A DNA stretch of 64,000 bases from an uncultured Gemmatimonadales bacterium (GTDB lineage Bacteria > Gemmatimonadota > Gemmatimonadetes > Longimicrobiales > RSA9): assembly GCA_963708135.1 (NCBI GenBank), contig OY970192.1:32001-96000 (forward strand). Direction: 5' to 3'. Made by a program: the position numbers and the translations under genes. Shown piece after piece: positions 1-8,149 of the stretch; the stretch's first letter is position 1; each line of letters begins with the position of its first letter. The notes under the pieces are model-generated. The model did not search any database. It was not told the origin of the DNA and saw nothing but the letters and a program-made list of their open reading frames with translations.

Positions 1-52
1 ACCGCAGTACGCTCGGAGTCTTGTTAAATCAACTCAATTGGCAGACACTACA

Positions 53-1843
53 CTAGAACCCCCCTCCACCACCGCCCCCGCTCCCGCCGCCGCTGCTTCC
101 GCCGCCGCCCGATCCGGACGGGCTCGAGGACATCGTGCTCGATGCTGCGCTCGACATGGCGTGCATGTCGTGCGAGAACGACGCGGCGTTGAAGGCGCCG
201 GCGTAGCCGCTGCACCAGCGCGGCGGCTCCGTGTACATGTCCTGGAACGCCCGCGCCCACCGCTCCTCGACGCGGAAGGCCATGGCGAAAGGGAGGTAGC
301 GCTCGAACATCTCCGGCGAGGTGATCATGCGCCGGTAGCGGTCCTCCTCCACGCGCGCGAGGAACTCGCGGAACCCGAGCGCCTGCTCCCGCGTGCGGGC
401 GCCCGCCACGGTGCGGGCGGGCATGATCAGGGCGAAGAAGAAGAGGATGAGGGCGGCGGCGGCTGCTGCGGCGCCGAGCGTCAGCGGGTCGATGGCGAGC
501 GCGGCATGGTCGGAGAGCCAGAGGGCGCCGCCGACGCCGACGAAGCCGGTGACGACGGCGCTGCCGATCCACGCCTGCCGGACCTTCTGCGGGTCGCGCC
601 GATAGTAGCCGTGGGCGACGAGCTGATCGTAGAGGGCGCGCCTGATCCCATCGAGATCCTTGTAGAAGCGGTTCTTGAGCGAGGAGAGCTCGACGCTGCC
701 GTAGGTGGGCCCGGGCCCGGCACCGGCGCCGTCGGGCTCGCCGGTGGCGCGGGCCGCGGGCACCGCCGCGACGCCGGCTCGCTCGAAGAGCGCGCCGATG
801 TAGAGCCTCTCGTGCTCCCTCAGGTCGGCCCACGCCTCGGTGGGCTTCTTCAGGTGGAAGACGTACTCGTGCTTGGAGAAGACGCCGAGGACGTGCTCCT
901 TCCGCTTCTCGATGTGGATGTAGCCGCGCACGGCGAGGTCGACGAGCGTGGCGGTGAGGTCGTGCATGTCCGCCTTGTTGTCGATGAGGGTGCCGACCTC
1001 CGCCGGGCTCAGCCGGCCGGGCGGCTCGTACTGCACGACGAGTGTGCCCGGCTCGGGGTCGCGGCCGTTCCGGCGCCAGGCGGAGAAGGCGAAGGCGAAG
1101 AACAGGAACGGCAGAACGAGCGGCCAGCGCGCCTCGATCTGGCGCAGGGCGCCACTGACCGCCCCGGGGCGCGCGACGCTCCCCGGCGGCCAGCCCACGG
1201 CCACGGTGAGGCCCTCGCCCGCCGCGAGCGCGCGTGTCGTCGCGAAGGTGACCGTGGACCCGTCGGCGTGCGCCTCGGCGGCGTGCTCCGTGGAGCCGGC
1301 GGGGCCGGTGTAGGCGGCGAACTGCCGGGGCGCTATCCCCGGAAGGACCACCTTTGCGTTGGCGTGCTCGATCGGGAACTCCCAGCCGTTGCCGGTCGCG
1401 TTCCAGTAGAGCTCGTCGAGCGAGCCGACCTTGCTGCCTTCCTCGAAGAATCGGATGGCGTTGTGCACTACGTAGTGCAGGATGAGGGTGCGCGTGGCGT
1501 CGTTCGCGCCCGGCACCCAGATCTTGACCCTGCGCGTCCAGCTCCCGCGTGCGCTGGTCTCCACCTTGAGCGGCGCGCCCGCCTCGTCCGTCGCGCCCGT
1601 GATGTCGAGCCGCAGCCGCTCGCGCCGGTTGTCGGCCGTGCGGTGATCGAGAGAGAGGTCGCGGTAGATGCCGTTCCAGGAGCCCGTGAAGTGCGGCCGG
1701 ATGGTCTCGGTGACGTCCACATCGCCGTCGGGCTGGACGCGGAGGACGACGTCGTACTGCCGGATCACGATGCCGCGCTGCGCGACGGCGCCGGCCGGCG
1801 CGGCGAGGAGCGCGAGGGCGACGACGAGCCGGAGAGCCTTCAT
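53..1843 (-). CDS. DUF2207 family membrane protein
   Basis: Signal peptide MKALRLVVALALLAAPAGA; motifs DELYWNATGNGW and LSPAEVGTLID; TM segments; FERYLPFAMAF; Gly/Ser tail GGGSSGGGSGGGGGGGF. ATG at 1843 overlaps the stop of the upstream gene (ATGA). Confidence 0.9.
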   Translation of the reverse strand: MKALRLVVALALLAAPAGAVAQRGIVIRQYDVVLRVQPDGDVDVTETIRPHFTGSWNGIYRDLSLDHRTADNRRERLRLDITGATDEAGAPLKVETSARGSWTRRVKIWVPGANDATRTLILHYVVHNAIRFFEEGSKVGSLDELYWNATGNGWEFPIEHANAKVVLPGIAPRQFAAYTGPAGSTEHAAEAHADGSTVTFATTRALAAGEGLTVAVGWPPGSVARPGAVSGALRQIEARWPLVLPFLFFAFAFSAWRRNGRDPEPGTLVVQYEPPGRLSPAEVGTLIDNKADMHDLTATLVDLAVRGYIHIEKRKEHVLGVFSKHEYVFHLKKPTEAWADLREHERLYIGALFERAGVAAVPAARATGEPDGAGAGPGPTYGSVELSSLKNRFYKDLDGIRRALYDQLVAHGYYRRDPQKVRQAWIGSAVVTGFVGVGGALWLSDHAALAIDPLTLGAAAAAAALILFFFALIMPARTVAGARTREQALGFREFLARVEEDRYRRMITSPEMFERYLPFAMAFRVEERWARAFQDMYTEPPRWCSGYAGAFNAASFSHDMHAMSSAASSTMSSSPSGSGGGGSSGGGSGGGGGGGF

Positions 1844-3393
1844 GGCCGGTGCTCCTGCGCCCAGCGGCCGGCCAGCGCAGCCAGCGGGTCGGCCACGGAC
1901 TGGAAGCGGACGAGGCGGACGGAATCCTGGTTCTTCATGGATGCCAGGGCCATGGGGCCGCGCTCGAGGATCCGGTCGGCGGCGCGCTCGCCGAGCCAGG
2001 TCTCGGCGCACGGCCAGGCCAGCGTCTCCCCGCCGCTGCGGTAGAGGTGGAGCGGGAGCCCGCCCACCTCGGCGATCGCGCCCGGGCGCAGGTCCCACCC
2101 GGTCAGCGAGAATCCCTGCGCGAGCAGCAGGGCGCACACCGCGGCCGCGTTCCCCCACAGGTACTCCTCGTGGCGCGGCGGCTCCGCCGCCTCCTCGAAT
2201 CCCGGGACCTCGCACAGCTCGCCCTCGCGGCCGTAGGGCAGCCGCAGCATGAAGCGCGGCAGCGCCAGCCCGACGTGCCGCGCCTCGGGCGTGCGCCGGA
2301 ACGCCGCCCACGCCGGCGCCGGCTCGCGCGCCCAGCCGTCGGGGTCCGCGCCCGTGGCGAAGTCCCGTGCGCCCACGAGGGCGGGCTCCGCGCCGGCCAC
2401 GAACGGGGCGCCCACCTCCCGCGCGAGCGCGGCGGCGCCGGCCAGCAGCGCGACGTCCTCCTCTCCCGGGCCGAAGGCGTAAAGCCCCACGAGCAGCGCC
2501 CACGGCGCCGTCCCGGCGGCGGGTGCGTTCTCGGACAGCAGCTGCCGGAGCGCGCCGCCCCCGGCGGCGCCGAGGTCCGCGGCGAATTCCGCGCGGGAGA
2601 CGTTGACGAGGGAGAGGCGCAGCTCGTGCCCGGTCTCGAGGCGGCGGGTCAGGAAGAAGACGGTGCGCCAGAGCGCCTCCAGCGCCTGGAAGCGCGGGTC
2701 GTGCAGGATGCGGCGGAGCTGCTCCGCGACGAGCGACTCGCCGAGGCGTCTCGCCGCCGCCGCGTCCGGCGCCTCCTCCCGCACCAGGTGCGGCGCGGTG
2801 ATCCGGCGAAGGAAGTCCTCCATCGTCGCGGCGCCGGAGGAAGGCGACGCCGGCGCGGCCGGCTCCCCCCCGGCCTCCTCGAGCATGCGGTCCAGCAGGC
2901 TTCCGGCGGACAGGTCGGCGGCCAGGGAGCGCGTGCCGTTGCCGGTCGGCTCCGCCTCGGCGGCGCCGGGCGCGGTGCCCGGCCCGGCCGCTCCGCCCGT
3001 CCCGGCACGCTGGCCGGCGGGCGGGGCGCCCCGGGCCGCGGCGCGCAGGGCGGGGAAGACCTCCATTCGCGCGACCAGCCGCTCGGGCGTGAAGTCCTCC
3101 ATCTCCGCGAAGCGGATGCGGGCGCGCGGCGCGTCGGCGGAATCGAGCGGCACCACGATCTCGGGCGCGACGGCGCGCAGCACGGCGTCCAGGTTGTCCC
3201 GGTCCACCGCGAGCGGGCGGCGCCCGGCCAGGGGTGGGTCGGCGGACGCCGGCGCGGCGCGCAGGTCGCGGCCGCCGAAGTCTCCGAGCAGCGCGATGCA
3301 GAACGGCGTCTCGGGACCGACCTCGATCGGCGCGGGTCGCGGCGTGGGCTCGATCTCGAGGGTTACGACGGCGCGCGGATCACGGCTCGCCAT
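1840..3393 (-). CDS. Fused type VI secretion contractile sheath protein (TssB/VipA-like N-terminus + TssC/VipB-like domain)
   Basis: N-terminal PFCIALLGDF..VDRDNLDAVL..FAEMEDFTPERLV is TssB-like. C-terminal ILHDPRFQALEALWR, LALPRFMLRLPYG and HEEYLWGNAA are TssC-like. Start chosen at ATG 3393. Confidence 0.85.
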   Translation of the reverse strand: MASRDPRAVVTLEIEPTPRPAPIEVGPETPFCIALLGDFGGRDLRAAPASADPPLAGRRPLAVDRDNLDAVLRAVAPEIVVPLDSADAPRARIRFAEMEDFTPERLVARMEVFPALRAAARGAPPAGQRAGTGGAAGPGTAPGAAEAEPTGNGTRSLAADLSAGSLLDRMLEEAGGEPAAPASPSSGAATMEDFLRRITAPHLVREEAPDAAAARRLGESLVAEQLRRILHDPRFQALEALWRTVFFLTRRLETGHELRLSLVNVSRAEFAADLGAAGGGALRQLLSENAPAAGTAPWALLVGLYAFGPGEEDVALLAGAAALAREVGAPFVAGAEPALVGARDFATGADPDGWAREPAPAWAAFRRTPEARHVGLALPRFMLRLPYGREGELCEVPGFEEAAEPPRHEEYLWGNAAAVCALLLAQGFSLTGWDLRPGAIAEVGGLPLHLYRSGGETLAWPCAETWLGERAADRILERGPMALASMKNQDSVRLVRFQSVADPLAALAGRWAQEHRP

Positions 3394-3632
3394 GGCTGGC
3401 CTCCCGGGCTCGCTCGGCCGGATCGCGCGGAGCAGCCGCGCGGCGCCGGCGGTGTCGATAAGAGGAAGAGCGCCGCAGAGGGGCGGCCCCCCCCCAACTT
3501 CTGGCCCGCCGCGCCGCGAGGCAATGGCCGCGCCGGCCGGGGATTGACAGGCGGGAGGTCGGAGGGCGTATTCCCGGGAGCGGAGCGCGCCCATGGGCGG
3601 GCGCGCTCGTTCCCCGTGAAGGCGGAGGCAGG

Positions 3633-4235
3633 GTGCGGAGCGCACGCGTCATCGTCGCCTGTTGCACCCTGCTCGGGTGCGGCTCCACGGCCAGGTCCGC
3701 GGGCCCGGCCGGGCTGCCGACGGCGGGCGGCGCGGACGCGGGTGGCGCAGCCGGCGCCGGAGCCGGCCCGGACCTGGAGCGCCGGCTGGGCATCGTGGCG
3801 CGGCGGGACGGGCCGGCCTGCCTGCGCATCCGCAACGACGGGCTCCGCCCCGGCGACACGGTGGGGGTGGTCGTGGGCGAGGCGGGCGGGCAGCGGCTGG
3901 TACGAACGGTGGTCGTGGCGCGGCAGGCGCGCTGTCCGGACGCTCCGCCGGAGCAGGGCGTGGCCTCCTACCGGCTCTCCGCTGCGGAGGATCTCGACGC
4001 GGTCGCCATCGCCATCGTGCCGCCGCCGGCTGCCGCGCGCCCGGGCGGGGCGGGGCTGCGCGCGGACCTGGACGGCGACGGCCGGAGCGAATCGTTCCGC
4101 AGCTGCACGAGCAGCGAGGGCGTGCACCTGAGCGTGTGGACGGGCGCGCCGCTCCGGGGCGCGCGGCGCTGGCACGCATACTACTATCTCGGCTACGATG
4201 TCGAGCCGAGCTGCGAGGAGGGGGACTACTCGTGA
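3633..4235 (+). CDS. Hypothetical lipoprotein
   Basis: Lipobox-like LLGC; C-terminal DLDGDG..CTSSEGVHL..WHAYYYLGYDVEPSC; first gene of a chain of overlapping genes. Confidence 0.7.
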   Translation: MRSARVIVACCTLLGCGSTARSAGPAGLPTAGGADAGGAAGAGAGPDLERRLGIVARRDGPACLRIRNDGLRPGDTVGVVVGEAGGQRLVRTVVVARQARCPDAPPEQGVASYRLSAAEDLDAVAIAIVPPPAAARPGGAGLRADLDGDGRSESFRSCTSSEGVHLSVWTGAPLRGARRWHAYYYLGYDVEPSCEEGDYS

Positions 4236-4468
4236 AAGGCTTCGTGGCGCTCCGCAACTTCGGCACGAGCATGGAGGCCGACCTCTATGCCGAGGTGCTG
4301 CGGGAGAACGGGATCGGGGTCCTCCTGCAGGGGCCGCAGGCGGGCATGTTCGGCGCCGGCTTCAGCGGCGCCTCGGTGCAGGGCGTCACGCTGCTGGTGG
4401 CGGAGGCCGACGCGGCGCGCGCGGCCGTGCTGATCGGGGGGGAGCAGGGCGGCGAGGGGGAGGACTGA
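4232..4468 (+). CDS. DUF2007-like putative signal-transducing small protein
   Basis: GTG start overlapping the previous stop; EADLYAEVLRENGI..LLVAEADAARA pattern. Confidence 0.7.
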   Translation: MKGFVALRNFGTSMEADLYAEVLRENGIGVLLQGPQAGMFGAGFSGASVQGVTLLVAEADAARAAVLIGGEQGGEGED

Positions 4469-5073
4469 TGGCGGAGCCGCTCGACCACCTCTTCGCGAAC
4501 AACCGGGCCTGGGCCGCCGAGATGACCGCGCACGACCCGGAGTTCTTCCGGCGCCTGGCCGCGCAGCAGGCGCCGGCGCATCTCTGGATCGGCTGCTCCG
4601 ACAGCCGCGTGCCGGCCAACCAGATCGTGGGGCTCCTGCCGGGCGAGATGTTCGTGCACCGGAACGTGGCCAACGTCGTGGTGCACGCCGACCTCAACTG
4701 CCTCTCCGCGATGCAGTACGCCGTTGACGTGCTGCGGGTGCGGCACATCATCGTGTGCGGCCACTACGGCTGCGGCGGCGTGCTCGCGGCGCTGCGCGAT
4801 GACCGCGCGGGCGTGGTCGACAACTGGCTGCGGCACGTCCAGGACGTGCGCTCGAAGCACCGGTCGGCAATCGACGCGCTCGGAACGGAGGCCGAGCGGC
4901 ACGCGCGGCTGTGCGAGCTGAACGTGATCGAACAGGTGACCAACGTCAGCCAGACCACGGTGGTCCGCGAGGCCTGGGGCCGCGCTCAGGAGCTGACCGT
5001 GCACGGCTGGATCTACGGCCTGGAGGATGGGCTGCTCCGCGACCTCGGCGTGGCCACGGCGGGGCCGGGATGA
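4468..5073 (+). CDS. can: Beta-class carbonic anhydrase
   Basis: WIGCSDSRV, HRNVAN and GHYGCGG zinc-ligand motifs. Confidence 0.95.
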   Translation: MAEPLDHLFANNRAWAAEMTAHDPEFFRRLAAQQAPAHLWIGCSDSRVPANQIVGLLPGEMFVHRNVANVVVHADLNCLSAMQYAVDVLRVRHIIVCGHYGCGGVLAALRDDRAGVVDNWLRHVQDVRSKHRSAIDALGTEAERHARLCELNVIEQVTNVSQTTVVREAWGRAQELTVHGWIYGLEDGLLRDLGVATAGPG

Positions 5074-6065
5074 GCGTGCGCATCCTCGTGGCCACGAACC
5101 GCGCGGTGCTCGTCATCGACCCCGCGCAAGGCGACGTCGTTGCCGCCCGCGGCCTCGCGGCCGAGCGGCCCACGTGCCTCGCCGCCGACCCGCTCGCGCC
5201 CGGGCGCGCGTGGTGCGGCACCGATCGGGGCGGCATCTTCCGCAGCGACGACGGCGGCGAGAGCTGGCGCGCGGCGGGGCTCGAGACGGAGCGGATCACA
5301 GCCGTGGCGCCGAGCACCGTGGAGCCGGACGTGGTCTGGGCGGGGACGGAGCCGAGCGCGCTCTGGCGGTCCGGGGACGGCGCCGGAAGCTGGGAGCGGC
5401 GGCCGGCGCTCGAGGCGCTGCCATCCTCGGCCGAGTGGTCGTTCCCGCCGCGCCCGGACACGCACCACGTCCGCTGGATCGCCTGCCATCCCGCACGGGC
5501 GGGGCACCTCTGGCTGGCCGTCGAAGCGGGCGCGCTCGTGACCACTACGGACGGCGGGCGCAGCTGGCGCGACCGCGTTCCGGGCGGGCCGTACGACACG
5601 CACGAGCTGGGGGTGCACGCCGCCGCGCCGGACACGCTGCGCGTGGCGGCGGGAGACGGCTACCTGGAGAGCCGGGACGGCGGGGCGACGTGGACGCGCC
5701 CCGAGGCGGGGCTCGAGGTCCGCTACCTGCGGAGCGTGGCCATCGATCCGGGCGACCCGGACACGCTCGTGGTCTCGGCGGCCACGCACCCGCACGCGGC
5801 CTACGTGGCCGGGGCCTCGGACGGGCGGCTGTTCCGCCGCGAGGGCGGCGCGCGCTGGCAGCGCGTCACGGACCGATGGCCGGAGCCGCCCGACACGATC
5901 GCGCCGCTGCTCGCGGCGGGCCGGCGGAGCGGGGAGCTGTGGGCCGCCGACGAGCGCGGCGTGCACCGGTCGGAGGACGGTGGCCGGAGCTGGCGCGGCG
6001 TCGTCGCCTTCGAGGAGACGCCGCGGAACCTGCGCGGGCTCGCGGTGGCCGACGGCGTGGATTGA
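5070..6065 (+). CDS. BNR/Asp-box repeat beta-propeller protein
   Basis: Repeated SxDGGxSW boxes (SDDGGESW, TTDGGRSW, SRDGGATW, SEDGGRSW); WSFPPRPDTHHVRW. Confidence 0.85.
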   Translation: MSVRILVATNRAVLVIDPAQGDVVAARGLAAERPTCLAADPLAPGRAWCGTDRGGIFRSDDGGESWRAAGLETERITAVAPSTVEPDVVWAGTEPSALWRSGDGAGSWERRPALEALPSSAEWSFPPRPDTHHVRWIACHPARAGHLWLAVEAGALVTTTDGGRSWRDRVPGGPYDTHELGVHAAAPDTLRVAAGDGYLESRDGGATWTRPEAGLEVRYLRSVAIDPGDPDTLVVSAATHPHAAYVAGASDGRLFRREGGARWQRVTDRWPEPPDTIAPLLAAGRRSGELWAADERGVHRSEDGGRSWRGVVAFEETPRNLRGLAVADGVD

Positions 6066-6112
6066 GCCGTGCCGGAATTCGCCCGGGATGGCCGGAATGG
6101 CAAAGGAGGCGT

Positions 6113-6745
6113 GTGAAGCGTACCGCGAAGGGATCGTTCGAGGTGGAGCTCACGGCCGAGAAGGGGACGCCGGAGCTCGGCAGGTCGCGGCTGTTCAAGC
6201 GGTTCACCGGCGACCTGGTGGCGGAGGCGCGCGGCGAGATGCTGAGCTGGCGGGACGAGGCGACCGGCGCGGCGGCATACGTGGCGCTCGACCGGGTGAG
6301 CGGCACTCTGGCGGGACGGCCGGGCTCCTTCACGCTCACGCACGTGGGCACCATGACGGGGAAGGCCCAGGCGCTCGAGGTCCGCGTGGTGCCCGGCTCG
6401 GCGACTGACGGGCTGGTCGGACTGACCGGCACGCTCTCGATCACGATCACGGGCGGGCGCCACGACTACGAGCTCGCCTACGAGCTCCCGGACATCTCGA
6501 GGCCACCGCGCGCGCGATGCGCGCAGCCCGCGCTGGACTTGCTGTCCCGGGCGCCGCATCCTTCAGCGCGGATCACGCAGCGAGCATCGAGAGGAGCCGG
6601 CGTGGGTCGTGGCAGGAAGGCGCCAGCGGCGCCGCCGGGCCGTGGCAAGAAGGGCGTCGATGGCGGCAGGCGGCCCGTTCCGCCGCCCCGTCCGCCGCCC
6701 AGGACCAAGCCGTCCTCTCCGGCGCCGCCGCGGCGGGGCGGGTGA
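6113..6745 (+). CDS. DUF3224 family protein with atypical low-complexity C-terminal extension
   Basis: GGAGG SD before GTG 6113; KRFTGDL..AAYVALDRVSGTLAGRPGSF..VVPGSATDGLVGLTG..HDYELAY. The domain ends near 6490. Confidence 0.8.
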   Translation: MKRTAKGSFEVELTAEKGTPELGRSRLFKRFTGDLVAEARGEMLSWRDEATGAAAYVALDRVSGTLAGRPGSFTLTHVGTMTGKAQALEVRVVPGSATDGLVGLTGTLSITITGGRHDYELAYELPDISRPPRARCAQPALDLLSRAPHPSARITQRASRGAGVGRGRKAPAAPPGRGKKGVDGGRRPVPPPRPPPRTKPSSPAPPRRGG

Positions 6746-6808
6746 GGCGAGGAGTCACGGACGACGAACGCCGCTCGGCTCCCGAACCGCCCGCGATGAG
6801 GCGAACCC

Positions 6809-7510
6809 ATGAGTTGACGAGATCCTGTCCTGAGCGGGAGCGCGCTGAGGGCGGCCGCCCGCGAGTTCATCCTGATCGTTCTCGGCGTGCTGGTCGCGCT
6901 CTGGGTCAGCGACTGGAGCCAGTACCGCGCCGACCGCGGGCGCGAGCGCACCGACCTCGCGCAGCTGCTCTCGACGACGCGCGAGAACGAGGCGCGCATC
7001 CAGGCCGCCATCGAGGCCGACAGCAGCGCGCTCGACTCCGCCCGCCGGCTGCTGGCCCTGCTGCACGCGCCCGGCGCGCTGCCGTCCGAGGACACGCTCT
7101 CCGCGCTCCGCTTCGGCGCCTTCCGCTTCTCCGTCTTCTTCCCGATGACGGGCACCTACGCGGCCCTCGGCCAGACCGGCGACCTCAACCTGATCCGCGA
7201 CGACTCGCTCCGCGCCCAGGTCGCGGCCTACGCGGGCGAGATGGACGGCACCGCCCGCCAGCTCGAGGACTGGACGGCGACGTTCCACCGCAACGTCGAG
7301 GCGCTCATCCGCACCGCCCCCTTCGACCGCGTCCGCGAGGCCTACTTCGGCGAGCGCGTGGCCAGCGCGAGCTGGCGCACGGAGGCGCTCCAGCGCGCGC
7401 TCTACCTCCAGACCATCATCTCGACCAACCGGCTGCTCAACCTCCGCCAGCTGCTGGCCTCCACCCGCGCGCTGCGCGAGCGCCTCGAGCGGGTGGTGGG
7501 GACGGGGTGA
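6809..7510 (+). pseudogene. Membrane-anchored coiled-coil protein (DUF6090-like) with an in-frame TGA at codon 3
   Basis: GAGG SD, then ATG-AGT-TGA(6815-6817)-CGA..., in frame with REFILIVLGVLVALWVSDW and the 6887-7510 ORF. Confidence 0.6.
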
Positions 7511-7547
7511 AGGGAAGGCAACCGATGCTCGGTGCGAGATGAACGAC

Positions 7548-8096
7548 ATGACTGAGCGCACCGGAGTCCGCCTGCGCGCCGGACTGGCCGGCGCCCTGCT
7601 GGGCGCGCTGATCGGCGCGCTGGCCGCCGTCGCGTTCCTGTGGCTCGCGGGGTGGCGGCGTCCCGCGGCCGCGGCACCGGCCGGGTCGCCCTCGCGCACG
7701 GCGATGATCCACCAGCACGGCGCGATGGTGATGCCGTTCGACCTCGCCCGCACGCGCCACGTGTTCGAGATGACGCTCCACGGCGGCGTGCAGCAGGTGG
7801 TCGTGAGGAGCCCGGCGGACACGGCGCAGATCCCGCTGATCCGCCGCCATCTGCGCGAGGAGGCGGCGCGCTTTGCGGCCGGCGACTTCTCCGAGCCGAT
7901 GCACCTGCACGGCGCCGCCATGCCGGGCGCCAGCGAGCTCGCGGACGGCGCCGCCGGGCTGCACGTCACGTATGCCGAGCGGCCGGACGGCGCGCAGATC
8001 ACGTTCGAGAGCGCGGACCCCGGACTGGTCACGGCCGTGCACCGCTGGTTCGGCGCGCAGCTCTCCGACCACGGCGCGGACGCCGTGCCCCGCTGA
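7548..8096 (+). CDS. Conserved hypothetical exported protein, His/Met-containing
   Basis: N-terminal TM; MPFDLARTRHVF..GGVQQVV..GDFSEPMHLHGAAMPG..HRWFGAQLSDHG. Start 7539 or 7548. Confidence 0.75.
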   Translation: MTERTGVRLRAGLAGALLGALIGALAAVAFLWLAGWRRPAAAAPAGSPSRTAMIHQHGAMVMPFDLARTRHVFEMTLHGGVQQVVVRSPADTAQIPLIRRHLREEAARFAAGDFSEPMHLHGAAMPGASELADGAAGLHVTYAERPDGAQITFESADPGLVTAVHRWFGAQLSDHGADAVPR

Positions 8097-8149
8097 CGCG
8101 GCGCAAGCGCCCGCGGCGCCCACGCCCTTCTCCCCGGAGCGGACCCACC

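Noticed and set aside
3544..3574. Sigma70 promoter with a perfect TTGACA
   Set aside because: No adequate TAnnnT -10 element at 16-18 bp spacing, so it was not listed as a feature.
6815..6817. Selenocysteine codon
   Set aside because: Position 3 of a non-redox membrane-anchored protein, and no SECIS hairpin could be supported by eye.
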